A stretch of 64,000 nt of DNA from Candidatus Gottesmanbacteria bacterium RIFCSPLOWO2_01_FULL_43_11b (lineage in GTDB: Bacteria; Patescibacteriota; Microgenomatia; UBA10105; UBA927), in the NCBI GenBank assembly GCA_001780985.1, contig MFJV01000001.1:158980-222979 (forward strand). Reading direction: 5' to 3'. Positions 27,967 through 39,144 of this stretch are shown here, piece after piece (positions within the stretch are counted from its first letter, which is position 1; each line of letters opens with the position of its first letter). A program made the position numbers and the translations under genes. The notes beneath the pieces were generated by a model, which saw only the letters and a list, made by a program, of their open reading frames with translations, did no database searches and was not told the origin of the DNA.

Positions 27967-28663
27967 CATGTTTATTCCCGGTTTTCACCGGGGCATGGAC
28001 TATATCTTCATCCGCAAAAATTGACGTTTTTCTGGATGAACCGAACCAATTATTTTTGCAAAATCGTTGTAAGACCTTGCCGAAATATAAAATCTCCAAT
28101 AATTCGGATCAACCGTTTTACTAGGATTATGAATTACTCCACAATGAATACTTAATTCTTCTAAATAGTGTTTTACTTGTAAAAGATCTTGCTTGTCCTT
28201 TTGACAAAAATACAAGTAATACCTCACCGAAGAATTTTTAGCAATACCACCTTCTGCATCGAAATAACCTCGGATATATTCGATTTTGTCGTTCTTAGAA
28301 CGTATTTCAATATCTCGTAAAATCTTTTTCGGAAATTCTACTATCCAAAGATTACGAGACTTTCCTTCTTTATATATCCAAGCTCCAACATGTAATTTAC
28401 GAATTCCTATTTTTAGAAACTGCGCAAATTCTCTACTGTTAGTTGCTATTCGATAGGTAGATTGCCGACTGGTACCATCGTGAGCCATTCCCAATAAATA
28501 TGGTTTCGTCATATGCGGCGCCAACGTGTAGTCTCTACGGAGTCCCCGATATAATCAGGGTTCCCTCGGTATTCCCATATGTTGATTATAAACCAAGCAT
28601 GAAGGGTTCACCGATACAGTTGGATTTTCCCATACCCTTACGGATATGGGTCGCAACAAACTT
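27967..28663 (-). mobile_element. group-I-like intron in 16S rRNA between AAGTCGT and AACAAGG (about E. coli position 1498/1499)
   Basis: The conserved 16S sequence CCTTGTT|ACGACTT is split by 697 nt. The 5' exon ends in U and the intron ends in G (omega-G). It contains a LAGLIDADG ORF. Confidence 0.6.
28000..28524 (-). CDS. intron-encoded LAGLIDADG homing endonuclease
   Basis: 174 aa. LAGLIDADG-type motif YIRGYFDAEGGIA. Basic, inside the 16S intron. Confidence 0.65.
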   Translation of the reverse strand: MAPHMTKPYLLGMAHDGTSRQSTYRIATNSREFAQFLKIGIRKLHVGAWIYKEGKSRNLWIVEFPKKILRDIEIRSKNDKIEYIRGYFDAEGGIAKNSSVRYYLYFCQKDKQDLLQVKHYLEELSIHCGVIHNPSKTVDPNYWRFYISARSYNDFAKIIGSVHPEKRQFLRMKI

Positions 28664-29056
28664 ACGACTTAGTCCCCATCGCTGAGTTCGGCTTCGACCG
28701 TAAAAACGGCCTTCAGCCGCCCCCAACTTTGTTGGCTTGACGGGCGGTGTGTACAAGACCCGAGAACGTATTCACCGCAGCCTTCTGATCTGCGATTACT
28801 ACCGATTCCGACTTCATGAGGGCGGGTTGCAGCCCTCAATCTGAACTGAGGCGAAATTTCAGGGATTTGCTTGCCATTACTAGTTTGCATCCCATTGTTT
28901 TTCGCCATTGTAGGGTGTGTGTTACCCAGGGTATAAGCGCCGTGCTGACTTGACGTCGTCCGTTCCTTCCTCCCCGATACATATCGGGGCAGTCTCCGAT
29001 GACACTTATAACATCGGATACGGGTTGCGCTCGTTCTCCTACTTAAAGGAACACCC

Positions 29057-29087
<31 letters not shown>

Positions 29088-29202
29088 GCTGTGATACCAT
29101 CCTTGCGGATAGCCTACTATTTCTAGCGGGTTAAAACGGTACCATGTCAAACCCTGGTAAGGTTTTTCGCTTTGTCTCGAATTGAACCACACGCTCCACC
29201 GG

Positions 29203-29234
<32 letters not shown>

Positions 29235-30286
29235 TAATCTTGCGATCGTACTCCCCAGGCGGTCTGCTTAACGCGTTAGCTTACGTCAGTCCCCCTTGCG
29301 GCGGACCAACTAGCAGACATGCGTTTAGGGCTAGGACTACGCAGGTCTCTAATCTGCTTCGCTCCCCTAGCTTTCGTGTCTCAGCGTTAGGTGTGGGCCA
29401 GAAAGGTGCCTTCGCCTTTGGTGTTCCTCATGATATCAACGCATTTCACTGCTTCACCATGAGTTCCCCTTTCCTCTCCCATCCTCAAAGACTCCCCATC
29501 TCGAACCCAACGCCGAGGTTAAGCCTCGGGCTTTCAGGTTCGATGCGGAAATCCGCCTACACGACACTTTACGCCCAGTGAATCCGGATAACGCTTGCAC
29601 CCTACGTATTACCGCGACTGCTGGCCCGCCACAATTTTTTGTAGCGAACTTTGGACTATATCATCACCCCACAGATTGGGGGTCTCGCGTGTAGTCTCTG
29701 AGGACTCTCCCCGCCATCCTTTCATTATAAATGAAGGCGGAGGTTGCCTGCTGATTGTCTTGATACATGCTTGCTTTCGCAAAACTATTTCGCGGACATA
29801 TCAAGGTGTTCCAGCATATAGCGAGATTTTCTTTTACCGTATTACTACAGTAACTACGCACCATCCGATTACATCGAATCACGTAGTTTGTAGGTGCTTA
29901 TTCGCCAAACCTCGATGATCTGGCAAAAGAGGTTTACATACCGAAATACTTCATCCCTCACGCGGCGTCGCTCGGTCAGGCTTTCGCCCATTGCCGAATA
30001 TTCCTAGTTGCTGCCATCCGTAGATGTATAGCCCGTGTCTCAGTGCTATTGTGGGGGGTCGCGCTCTCACGCCCCCTACCCGTCATCGCCTTGGTAGGCC
30101 ATTACCCCACCAACAAGCTGATAGGAGCAAGGCCGCTCTTCCTCCGTGCCGTTACGCACTTTGATCTTACGACCTCATGGAATATTACCCCGTCTTTCGA
30201 CGAGCTATGTTCCAGAAAAAGGTACGTTCCTTGCTTATACTCACCCGTCCGCCACTAATCTTTCGACCGTTCAACTTGCATGCCTA

Positions 30287-30329
<43 letters not shown>

Positions 30330-30470
30330 AAAAAAAATTAACGTCCCGGATATCATGATTCGCTTACGCTCATCACCATCCGGGTCCGGCTGATGTCGCA
30401 ACGCGACATAATAGCCGGATTCCTATCACCATTCGTTTGTCAAATGTTAATGTGCGACTCTCAATGAGCG

Positions 30471-30500
30471 AAAAAAAGCCCCGCCATGCGGGGTTTTGTT
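30471..30500 (-). terminator. rho-independent terminator of the 30575-31828 gene (bidirectional hairpin upstream of the 16S promoter region)
   Basis: GCCCCGC-atg-GCGGGGC flanked by A-run and T-run. Confidence 0.5.
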
Positions 30501-30574
30501 ACGAACCACACCTTTGGCGTTTGCGCTTCATTCACTCATTGCTTTTGTATTATATGAGGCTCAACTAGGTTACG

Positions 30575-31828
30575 TCAAGAGCCTTGAGGATTTAGCCTTG
30601 TGCTATTTAAATAAGGAAGTCGTTTTGCGGCATCCGTTAAATCCCAATCTTTCGTTTCTTTGTTAAAATGAAGCAGTGTCCACGGAAGAAAATCGATTTT
30701 CCCAGGCGCGTATGTTTGCACTGCAGCGTGGTCCCCTCCACAAAAAAGACCTACATGCGATATAAAATCTTCTGCTTTTCCACCCTGTCGTTCCCATTGA
30801 AGCATGACATGGTCTATCGCACGGTAGTAAAGATCATATCCGATTTGCGCAAACCAATCGTTATAAACTGGAAAATCTGATTTTTGGAATACCGGCATTC
30901 CCATTTCCGCAATAAGTACTTCTTTATCACGGAGAAATCCCGTACTTTTTTGTTCTAACAACCATTCAAATACTTCTTTCTTATCCTTGTATAAATCAAA
31001 CACTGATTGCGGCATAAGCGGTTCAAGAGGATGATCATAGGCAAAGTAATAATCAAAACCGACGGCTTCTAACGCATCCCCCGCTCGTTTAACGAGCGTT
31101 TCAACATCTTTACGCCATTTCGAGCGGTCTGCAAATGCGGTATTAGTAATTATCGTCGTCATTATTTTAGGCTTATCTGTTCGTAAAGAATATGCTTGGT
31201 GCGTTACATCAATCATCTTGACAATTGTGGACTGCTCAAAATTTTTAAAGAATGAATTGTTGACCTCATTCATAACTTGCACAAATGTTGGTTGCAAGCC
31301 TGCTTGGTCACAGATCATTTGCGCTTTTTCAATAAATGATTGATAGACTAAAAGAAAAGCAGTTTCATCGTGTTGGGCAAGATCAACCATCCATTCTGCC
31401 GGAGAAAATAAAACGAGAGCTGATAAAGAAAGTCCTGCTTCTTTCATTGCTTTGAGGCTTTCTCGATACGACTTTTCGATATTCAAGTCAAACGACCCAT
31501 CGTCTCGCATGAGTTTTCCAAGTCGAAACTCAGTCCGCACCCCAGCTACTCCGAGTTCTTTCAGTTTCGTATAAAAACTCAACCTTTGGTCAAGGGTATA
31601 TTCCAACTCATCGGGTAGATAATCAGAAACAAACGGCACAACGCGACGCTTCGCCCGAAACTCAGCTGCGTCAGTCCTCATATACATCGGCGCTTCTTTA
31701 CTACCCCCGGTAGTCTCACTTCCACGTAAATTAAACATAATAGAAGACGCTACTGCTAGTTTTGCCCCTTTTCCCAGTAATCGCAAAAAGTCTCTTCTAG
31801 AAAAACGAGGCTGTTCAGGAACGCCCAT
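30575..31828 (-). CDS. secreted clan GH-A-like glycoside hydrolase with a twin-arginine signal
   Basis: Tat motif SRRDFLRLLG. VQVMNEVNN (candidate acid/base NE). LIAEMGMP (candidate nucleophile E). Confidence 0.45.
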   Translation of the reverse strand: MGVPEQPRFSRRDFLRLLGKGAKLAVASSIMFNLRGSETTGGSKEAPMYMRTDAAEFRAKRRVVPFVSDYLPDELEYTLDQRLSFYTKLKELGVAGVRTEFRLGKLMRDDGSFDLNIEKSYRESLKAMKEAGLSLSALVLFSPAEWMVDLAQHDETAFLLVYQSFIEKAQMICDQAGLQPTFVQVMNEVNNSFFKNFEQSTIVKMIDVTHQAYSLRTDKPKIMTTIITNTAFADRSKWRKDVETLVKRAGDALEAVGFDYYFAYDHPLEPLMPQSVFDLYKDKKEVFEWLLEQKSTGFLRDKEVLIAEMGMPVFQKSDFPVYNDWFAQIGYDLYYRAIDHVMLQWERQGGKAEDFISHVGLFCGGDHAAVQTYAPGKIDFLPWTLLHFNKETKDWDLTDAAKRLPYLNSTRLNPQGS

Positions 31829-31842
31829 TAGAGCCCATTATA

Positions 31843-32433
31843 CTATAGGGTGATAAAAAATGCTGTCCCAGCGCCCAACAACCATCCTCCAACTACATCC
31901 GAGAACCAGTGGTGGCCGAGGTAGATACGGCTAAACGATATAAGTCCAATATATGCTGCCAACCCAAATCCTATCCACGATTTCTTTTTTATAAATGGAT
32001 AAGCAAGTAGTGCTAGAAACATTGCCCTTGCTGCGTGGCCGGAGGGGTAGGAAAATTCCTGCCAAACATGATATGTCGGGAATATTGTTGTCGGATTTTT
32101 GAGCATGAAAAATGGCGGCGCCGGATGACCGACGATAGTTTTTCCATACATTTCAGCAAGAGTTAAAAGAGCAAAAAGAACGGGGATGAGCAAAGATTTT
32201 CGTTTTGTTGCGAAGACAATAATTGCGGCTATAGAAAATAACGGGCTTGCGAAAAATCCTATATCTTCAAACAGTCCATCGCACCTCGTTGTACAGAATT
32301 TCCCAATAAAATCCTGTACCTTCACTGTTACAGTAAAATCCAGATTTCGGATTATCGCACGATCTTCATATTTTGAAAGAAGTGCAAAAGCAAAAAGAAA
32401 AAAGATAGAGAGAAACAAAAAGACACGCTTCAT
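31843..32433 (-). CDS. PAP2-family phosphatase
   Basis: PSGHAARA ... SRIYLGHHWFSDVVGG (PAP2 motifs 2 and 3). Membrane protein. Confidence 0.7.
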   Translation of the reverse strand: MKRVFLFLSIFFLFAFALLSKYEDRAIIRNLDFTVTVKVQDFIGKFCTTRCDGLFEDIGFFASPLFSIAAIIVFATKRKSLLIPVLFALLTLAEMYGKTIVGHPAPPFFMLKNPTTIFPTYHVWQEFSYPSGHAARAMFLALLAYPFIKKKSWIGFGLAAYIGLISFSRIYLGHHWFSDVVGGWLLGAGTAFFITL

Positions 32434-32648
32434 ATTAACGTATTACCATGTTGATATAAGAATTTATACTGTAAGTAAATTGATACCAAAGAGGACAAAG
32501 AAAACACGAATTATGATTGCAATAACGATCAGAACAAAAATAGCAATAAGAAGAATCGGAAATGAAACAAATGGCGATGAGTATTGTTTCTGTTGTTCCC
32601 GTTCTCGCCACTTTTGATATTCGCTTCCAAGCCAAAAATGAAAAAGGC

Positions 32649-34235
32649 TCATTGTGCTCCCTTCGGGTAATACACATTCCAAATTGTGTTTTTATAAAAA
32701 TCGCGGATGACGTGGTCCGGTTCTTCCTGGTCAAAACAATTCGGTCTCCCGAACACAATACTATACACTTTCGTGTCTAATACATCTGCCATAAGATGCG
32801 TGTCATTACAGTTTCCCCCAAACACAACGTTTTCCAACTCTAACTTTTGTGATGGATTTACTTGAGCATTTTTCCAAACTTCCTGCACGGTAGTCGGAGA
32901 AACGTGCGCATAAAACGCATACTGAAGCAGATCCGCAAGCGTTGTGCCCGTAAGTAGTGCTTTTTTAGTAGGAGTTGGCTGAGTTGCAATATCATGTTGT
33001 ACTTGCTTCATGTCAGAAACCCACACATCGGCTCGCTGATACGCGTACCTCAGGTAATAATCAAAAAGAAAATGGGTAAAACTAAAGAGGTATATTCCAA
33101 ATAAACCAATCGCAATCAACTTTCCGTAATTCCGTATATGGATCAAGCCATCTATACCCGTGGCTATAAGAAGTGCGAACGGAATCGTCATCGGAAGCGT
33201 CCGTGTTGCATATGGTTCGCCAACAATCGCTCCGGGAATTCCGGAAACTGCAAGCAGTCCGAAGACGAAAATGACCGCGCCCTTTTCTTGTTTTTTTCGA
33301 ATAAGAAAAAATGCACCTGCCAGAAGTAACAATAAATCAACAAGGTATAATTTCCCCCGCATGTACATAGTGTAAATTTGGCTTGCCTCTCCGTGAAGAA
33401 ACAGATGTCCGACTGAATACGAATAGAGATAATTCGACGTCCATCGACCCAATACGCTCATTGGTTTATTTATGAACGCCTGTTTGAGTTTTTCGGGCCC
33501 CATTGTGTCACGGCGCATGAGTTCAATTTCCCAAGCAACCTTACCCACATCAATTTTTGTTTCAGCGAGAAATCCCCGATTCTTATTTGCAAAAGAAACA
33601 GCGGCAAACAGGACAATAACAACCAAAAAGCCAACCATTATCCGCACCGGAGTTTTTTTATAGATAAGGAGCAGTGCCATTAATGGAATTGATATTGGAG
33701 CCATACCACGATAACTAAGCAGTGCGAAGAGAAAACTTAACATGCTCAAAATCGGATATCTAAAAAACGCAACGACAGCAAGGAGATAAAAAAACGCCGC
33801 TGTGCCGATATCATAAGCTGTTCTGCTGAAAAATATATGCCATGGCATAATCGCAAGAGAAAGCGCGGATAAAAGTGCCACAGACTCTTTTTTGAAAATC
33901 TGTTTAGCCAAAAAATAAATAAGTGCAATGCTTATCGTTCCCATGAGCGCGTTGGGGAGCCTGCCGGCAAACGCAGAAAGGGGTAAGAATTTAAATACGA
34001 TCACCGATATATATGTCGTGACAGGCATGAATGGGTAACCAGCCCGAACGAGGTAGTTGAGGAACGGGTATGATTCTCCCAAAACATTTTTCCCGGTTTG
34101 TGCGAGCGAATAAGAATTAAAAATGTACCCTATTTCGTCGTGTGTAATACCATGGGGCACTTCACCTAATTGATATATCCGCAATATAAAACCAAATAAA
34201 ACAATCCCCAAAAGAAAAATGTTCATTTTTTTCAT
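32649..34235 (-). CDS. GT-C family glycosyltransferase (GT39/ArnT/PMT-like)
   Basis: 528 aa, polytopic. N-terminal ...RIYQLGEVPHGITHDEIGY... is typical of ArnT/PMT. Confidence 0.6.
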   Translation of the reverse strand: MKKMNIFLLGIVLFGFILRIYQLGEVPHGITHDEIGYIFNSYSLAQTGKNVLGESYPFLNYLVRAGYPFMPVTTYISVIVFKFLPLSAFAGRLPNALMGTISIALIYFLAKQIFKKESVALLSALSLAIMPWHIFFSRTAYDIGTAAFFYLLAVVAFFRYPILSMLSFLFALLSYRGMAPISIPLMALLLIYKKTPVRIMVGFLVVIVLFAAVSFANKNRGFLAETKIDVGKVAWEIELMRRDTMGPEKLKQAFINKPMSVLGRWTSNYLYSYSVGHLFLHGEASQIYTMYMRGKLYLVDLLLLLAGAFFLIRKKQEKGAVIFVFGLLAVSGIPGAIVGEPYATRTLPMTIPFALLIATGIDGLIHIRNYGKLIAIGLFGIYLFSFTHFLFDYYLRYAYQRADVWVSDMKQVQHDIATQPTPTKKALLTGTTLADLLQYAFYAHVSPTTVQEVWKNAQVNPSQKLELENVVFGGNCNDTHLMADVLDTKVYSIVFGRPNCFDQEEPDHVIRDFYKNTIWNVYYPKGAQ

Positions 34236-34771
34236 ATGTGTTTCATAATCTCATAGAGTACTATTCCCAACGATACCATAACGTTAAGACTTTTATTTAC
34301 TCCCCACATGGGAAGTTCCACAATTGCGTCAGCTATATCGAGGACTTCCTTTGATACTCCATGTGTCTCATGACCGACAACTATTGCTAGGGGGAATTCA
34401 TATGTTACCTTGTAAAACGGTTTACTGCGCTTGTCTTGCTCGACAGCAATGATTTTTACCCCGTCACTATGTAGTTTTTTTACGATATCAATCGTATTTT
34501 TCTGATATTCCCAATTCACCCATCCGGTTGTATTAATTGAAGCTTTTTTAATCCGTGAATTCGGTGGTGTTAATGTCTCACCGCAAAGGATTACTTTCTC
34601 TGCAGCAACTGCATCTGCGAGTCTAAAAATCGACCCAACATTATATGTATCAAGTACATTATCGAGAATTATATATATTGGATTTTTCTTAATGGATTTT
34701 GCCTTCTCTGGATCGACTTCAGTCGTCCGAAGTTCCCGCGCATTGAGCTTCACCATGAAGCTATTATACAC
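34232..34771 (-). CDS. SPOUT (TrmH/SpoU) RNA 2'-O-methyltransferase
   Basis: YIILDNVLDTYNVGSIFRLADAV ... IVVGHETHGVS ... SLNVMVSLGIVLYE. Confidence 0.75.
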   Translation of the reverse strand: MYNSFMVKLNARELRTTEVDPEKAKSIKKNPIYIILDNVLDTYNVGSIFRLADAVAAEKVILCGETLTPPNSRIKKASINTTGWVNWEYQKNTIDIVKKLHSDGVKIIAVEQDKRSKPFYKVTYEFPLAIVVGHETHGVSKEVLDIADAIVELPMWGVNKSLNVMVSLGIVLYEIMKHI

Positions 34772-34783
34772 GAAGCTCTTTTC

Positions 34784-35089
34784 CTAAGCCTTTGGTTGAA
34801 CCGAGAATTCTGGGGGCGCTAGTGTTATCCCCTTCTCTTCAACGAATTTAAGCGCCTTTTCGAGATCTTCTGGTTTTACTACAGCCGGCAAAGGCAACAT
34901 TGACGTTTCTGTATACATTGTTCCATTTGTATGATCAACCCAAGCTTCCATAGTTAATGGAACTTGAGCACCTTTAATTGTTGCCACTACATCCCAATCT
35001 CCCACTAGATAATACCTAGTACCATCACCAATTGGTTTACCTACCACCGATAATGGCGTTCCGGGAACAGAAAGATTTTCAAACCTCAT
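34784..35089 (-). CDS. hypothetical protein
   Basis: 101-aa ORF. Confidence 0.4.
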   Translation of the reverse strand: MRFENLSVPGTPLSVVGKPIGDGTRYYLVGDWDVVATIKGAQVPLTMEAWVDHTNGTMYTETSMLPLPAVVKPEDLEKALKFVEEKGITLAPPEFSVQPKA

Positions 35090-35113
35090 AACTTAATCCC
35101 TTCTTTCTTTATT

Positions 35114-35923
35114 ATGGACGGATATTACTCTCCCTCTCTGCCAAAGTCAACTTTTGCTATGATACGGTATATGTCAAGTTTTCAAGCGATTGTTCTTTCT
35201 ATTATTGAGGGAATTACTGAATTTCTTCCCGTCTCATCGACGGGACATCTTATTTTGGCCTCAAAACTTCTGCACATTCAACCTACGGAGTTTACAAAAA
35301 GCTTTGAAATTTTCATTCAGTTAGGTGCAATTATGGCTGTTGCTACACTGTACGGGCGCGTACTTCTGATAAACCGTAAACTTTGGCTTCCTCTTATCTC
35401 TGCTTTTATTCCGACTGCAATTGTCGGATTTACATTCTATCCGTTAATTAAAACCTATTTGTTGGAAAGCACAACAATTACAACGATCAGTTTATTTGTC
35501 GGAGGATTTGTTCTCATTTTTTTTGAACGAATTGGTTTCAAAAAAGATAAAACTCTGACATGGCAAAACGCAATAATTATTGGTTTATGTCAATCCGTAT
35601 CAATTATCCCGGGAGTATCGCGGGCTGCTGCAACTATAGTCGGTGGACTTGCGATCGGACTACCGCGAAAAGAGGCAGTTGAATTCTCATTTCTTTTAGC
35701 TCTCCCCACAATGGCTGCTGCGTCTGGATTGGATCTTATAAAAAGTGCTGGGAATTTTACTCAATCAGAGTTATGGATACTTGTTGTCGGATTTATCGGG
35801 GCTTGGGTTGTTGCCCATGTAACAATCAAAGCGTTCTTACGCTTCATTAAAACAAATACATTCACTTCTTTCGGTGTCTATAGGATTTTACTTGCATTAA
35901 TCTTCTGGCTTCTATACCGATAA
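35114..35923 (+). CDS. uppP: undecaprenyl-diphosphatase (BacA/UppP)
   Basis: EGITEFLPVSSTGHLIL ... PGVSRAAATIVGGLAIGL. Confidence 0.8.
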   Translation: MDGYYSPSLPKSTFAMIRYMSSFQAIVLSIIEGITEFLPVSSTGHLILASKLLHIQPTEFTKSFEIFIQLGAIMAVATLYGRVLLINRKLWLPLISAFIPTAIVGFTFYPLIKTYLLESTTITTISLFVGGFVLIFFERIGFKKDKTLTWQNAIIIGLCQSVSIIPGVSRAAATIVGGLAIGLPRKEAVEFSFLLALPTMAAASGLDLIKSAGNFTQSELWILVVGFIGAWVVAHVTIKAFLRFIKTNTFTSFGVYRILLALIFWLLYR

Positions 35924-36350
35924 TCCAACCCAATCCTGCACCGATTATGACATCAGATGGATAATGAACTCCTAAGTAAATTCGTGATATTCCAATAATC
36001 GTTGCCAGAAAATAAAGCGATCTTTTCCATCGCGGTTCAAAACCGGATAACACAGTCGCAAGAGTAAAAGCAACCATAGCGTGCGATGACGGAAATGAAA
36101 ATCCCGCATACACACTTGGCCGTGGGCGAGCAAAAAAGGGTTTGATAATAAATTCAGAAAAAATCCAGCTTACTCCGGCGGTAATCATGAGTGGGAAAAA
36201 AACTTTGTGTTTCCTCAATACATACCAGAGAAACCAACCTGCGCCAACGCCGGTAATAAGCATTGCAAATCCATCAAAAAAATCGTTATGCGGGAGACCA
36301 TTAATGATCGCAAATAGCCGTTGGTCGAGGGCAAGGAGCGTTTCGATCAT
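35862..36350 (-). CDS. PAP2-family phosphatase
   Basis: FPSSHAMVAF ... SRIYLGVHYPSDVIIGAGLG. Confidence 0.7.
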   Translation of the reverse strand: MIETLLALDQRLFAIINGLPHNDFFDGFAMLITGVGAGWFLWYVLRKHKVFFPLMITAGVSWIFSEFIIKPFFARPRPSVYAGFSFPSSHAMVAFTLATVLSGFEPRWKRSLYFLATIIGISRIYLGVHYPSDVIIGAGLGWIIGIEARRLMQVKSYRHRKK

Positions 36351-36513
36351 GGCGTGGGTGTTGGCGTGATAAAAATTATTTTAATTGCATCATCTTCCGG
36401 TACCGGTGAAATCACCCGTCTTGCTGATACAATAACACCGATAATGATAATTGCGAGGATAAGAATCCCAACAAGAACTGTAATGGCAGCAAGCGTCCGT
36501 TTGCGATCATCCA
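36345..36513 (-). CDS. possible small (~55 aa) membrane protein. It is below the ORF-track size cutoff.
   Basis: MDDRKRTLAAITVLVGILILAIIIIGVIVSARRV... Its stop overlaps the PAP2 ATG (ATGA). It lies just downstream of topA. Confidence 0.3.
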
Positions 36514-36520
36514 TACAGAG

Positions 36521-38524
36521 TTATTTTATATCTTCTTTCTTCCATGCTGCAAATGTGCAGTTGGGGTAGTTTGAACAACCGTAAAATGTTTTGCCGCGGC
36601 GGGTCTTTTTAATCACAATATCTCCCCCATCCCTCGGGCATTTCATATCAATTTTTTCTGCAAATTGGCGCGTATATTTGCACGCTGGAAAGTTACTGCA
36701 GGCGATAAATTTCCCGTATCTTCCCACACGCAAAACGAGCTGATGACCGCAGTCCGGGCACTTTTCATCAAGTAATTCAACCGGCGTTTTTACTTTTTCT
36801 GCCTGATCGAAAGCTGCGTCAAGCTCTTTGGCAAAAGGCGTATAAAAATCTCTTATTACAGGCACCCACTCTACTTGCCCGTCGGCAATAGCGTCTAAGT
36901 TATCCTCCATAGTTGCGGTAAAGGGGATATCAATAATATTCGGAAAATATTTTATTAGGAAATCGTTGACCAAAAAGCCCAATTCAGTTGGTTTCAACTT
37001 TTTTCCCTGCCTGCCGGCAGGCAGGTCTTCCCGCACTATGTACTGGCGTTCCTGAATTGTTGAAATAACCGGCGCATAGGTAGAAGGGCGTCCGATCCCT
37101 TTTTCCTCAAGCGTTTTAATTAGCGAAGCCTCATTGTAGCGAGGGGGTGGATTTGTAAAATGTTGTTCTGGTATGGCTTGGTTAAATCCTATTTCTTGCC
37201 CCTGTGTAACCTCGGGAAGAACAACTTCCCCGTTATCTTTTCCGAGAATTTTCAAAAACCCCTCAAATTTTATAACCGATCCCTGGGCTTCAAAAAGATA
37301 CGTATTGCTACTTGTAATTTTTATCGTTGTGGAATCAAAAATCGCTTCAGCTGCCTGGCTTGCGAGCGCCCGTATCCAAATAAGCTCATAGAGTCTGATA
37401 TGGTCACGGTTAAGTTCTGCGCTGTCGATCGTAAGCTGAGCGCCTTGTACAGTTGCATCTGTGGGTCTAATTGCTTCGTGAGCCTCCTGGGCTGATTTTG
37501 ATTTTGTTTTGTATCGACGCGCCTCTGCCGGTACATACTCTTTGCCGTATTCTTTTTCTATATAATCCCGCGCTTCACTAATAAATTTCTCAGACAGGTT
37601 AAAACTGTCGGTTCTGTGGTAGCTTATCAAACCCTCTTCGTAGAGTTTTTGAGCAAGTTGCATTGTGCGTTTCGCAGAAAAGTATAATCTTCGGCCCGCA
37701 TCCTGCTGGAGTGTGCTTGTCGTATAGGGAGGGGCCGGAAACCGTCTCACTTCTTTTTTGTCTACTGAAGAGACGATATAGGGTGATTTTAAATCTTTGA
37801 TTATGGTATCTGCTGCGTTTTGGTCAGTTATTGTCGAGGAAGCCGTAGTATATTTTCCGTCAAAAAGATCAAATTCAAGATTTTTTTCATACAAAACACC
37901 CTCTTTGGAAACCAGGTGTGCATGAATTTCCCCGAATACCCCTTCAATTGTCCAGAACTCTTCTTTTTGAAATTTTTCTATTTCTCTTTCCCGCTCAACG
38001 ATAAACCGTACGGCGACTGATTGAACCCTTCCTGCTGAAAGCCAACGGCGGGAAAGTTTCTGCCAAAGGAGTGGGGACAATTTGTATCCAACAAGTCGAT
38101 CTAATATCCTTCTAGCCTGCTGCGCGTTTACGAGTTTTTGGTCAATTTCACGCGGATGCGTTAGCGCTTCGGCAATCGCGTGTTCCGTTATCTCATGGAA
38201 TACTATTCGAGTAAACTTCGACTTTTTTAGTGTGTCCGCAACGTGCCAGGCAATTGCCTCTCCCTCCCGATCCGGGTCGGTTGCAAGAATAATCGAATCT
38301 GCCTTCTTTGCTGCGTCTTTGAGTTCTTTGGCGCGCTTTGCTTTCGCACGCGGGGTGACATATCTGGGGGTAAAGTCATGATCGACATCAACCCCGAGTT
38401 CGGATTTCGGCAAATCACGAATATGCCCCATCGATGCTTCAATTCGATAATCTTTACCGAGAAATCTCGACAGAGTTTTAGCTTTTGTTGGTGATTCAAC
38501 AATAATGAGATGATAATTTTTCAT
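36521..38524 (-). CDS. topA: DNA topoisomerase I
   Basis: TOPRIM N-terminus. Active-site region ...LISYHRTDS.... C-terminal Cys4 zinc ribbons. Contains palindrome copy 3, encoded as EDLPAGRQG. Confidence 0.9.
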   Translation of the reverse strand: MKNYHLIIVESPTKAKTLSRFLGKDYRIEASMGHIRDLPKSELGVDVDHDFTPRYVTPRAKAKRAKELKDAAKKADSIILATDPDREGEAIAWHVADTLKKSKFTRIVFHEITEHAIAEALTHPREIDQKLVNAQQARRILDRLVGYKLSPLLWQKLSRRWLSAGRVQSVAVRFIVEREREIEKFQKEEFWTIEGVFGEIHAHLVSKEGVLYEKNLEFDLFDGKYTTASSTITDQNAADTIIKDLKSPYIVSSVDKKEVRRFPAPPYTTSTLQQDAGRRLYFSAKRTMQLAQKLYEEGLISYHRTDSFNLSEKFISEARDYIEKEYGKEYVPAEARRYKTKSKSAQEAHEAIRPTDATVQGAQLTIDSAELNRDHIRLYELIWIRALASQAAEAIFDSTTIKITSSNTYLFEAQGSVIKFEGFLKILGKDNGEVVLPEVTQGQEIGFNQAIPEQHFTNPPPRYNEASLIKTLEEKGIGRPSTYAPVISTIQERQYIVREDLPAGRQGKKLKPTELGFLVNDFLIKYFPNIIDIPFTATMEDNLDAIADGQVEWVPVIRDFYTPFAKELDAAFDQAEKVKTPVELLDEKCPDCGHQLVLRVGRYGKFIACSNFPACKYTRQFAEKIDMKCPRDGGDIVIKKTRRGKTFYGCSNYPNCTFAAWKKEDIK
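37006..37025. repeat. 20-bp perfect palindrome CCTGCCTGCCGGCAGGCAGG (copy 3 of 3), in-frame in topA
   Basis: Exact match to copies 1 and 2. Confidence 0.9.
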
Positions 38525-39144
38525 AATTCCTCAATAATGTCATCCGCGGATTCTACCAGTTTCGCACCGTTTTTCAAAAGTATGTTCGTTGCCTGACTCA
38601 TTTTACTTGTAATCGGACCCGGTACAGCAAACACCTCTCTCCCTTGCTCTGCTGCGTATTTTGCTGTAATGAGTGCTCCGCTATGATCTGATCCTTCAAT
38701 CACAACAACACCCAAAGATAATCCGCTAATAATTCTATTTCTGGTTACGAACTGTTCCTTACTGGTTCTGGTACCGGGCGGTATCTCAGAAACAACAACG
38801 CCATTGCCATTAACAATATTCCAGTACAACCTAGCATTACTTGGTGGAAAGATAATGTCAACCCCGCATCCTAAAACTGCAATTGTTTTTCCTCCTTTAT
38901 CAATTGCGCTTTGGTGAGCAATAGAGTCGACGCCAATAGCCATTCCCGATACAATCGTAAATCCCTTTTTAACTAAATCAGTTACAAGATGCTTTGTAAT
39001 TTTTCTCCCATACGGGGTCATTGTCCGCGTGCCAACAACCGCAATAGTTTTTTCAAGATTTACCGTGGCTAAATCCCCCTTCACGTACAACACATCCGGG
39101 GGATCAGAAATTTCGGCAAGTAACCGCGGGTAGGTAGTAACCAT
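38521..39144 (-). CDS. dprA: DNA processing protein DprA (Smf)
   Basis: ...VVGTRTMTPYGRKIT...IVSGMAIGVDSIAHQ...IAVLGCGVDIIFP is a Rossmann-like DprA core. Confidence 0.8.
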   Translation of the reverse strand: MVTTYPRLLAEISDPPDVLYVKGDLATVNLEKTIAVVGTRTMTPYGRKITKHLVTDLVKKGFTIVSGMAIGVDSIAHQSAIDKGGKTIAVLGCGVDIIFPPSNARLYWNIVNGNGVVVSEIPPGTRTSKEQFVTRNRIISGLSLGVVVIEGSDHSGALITAKYAAEQGREVFAVPGPITSKMSQATNILLKNGAKLVESADDIIEEL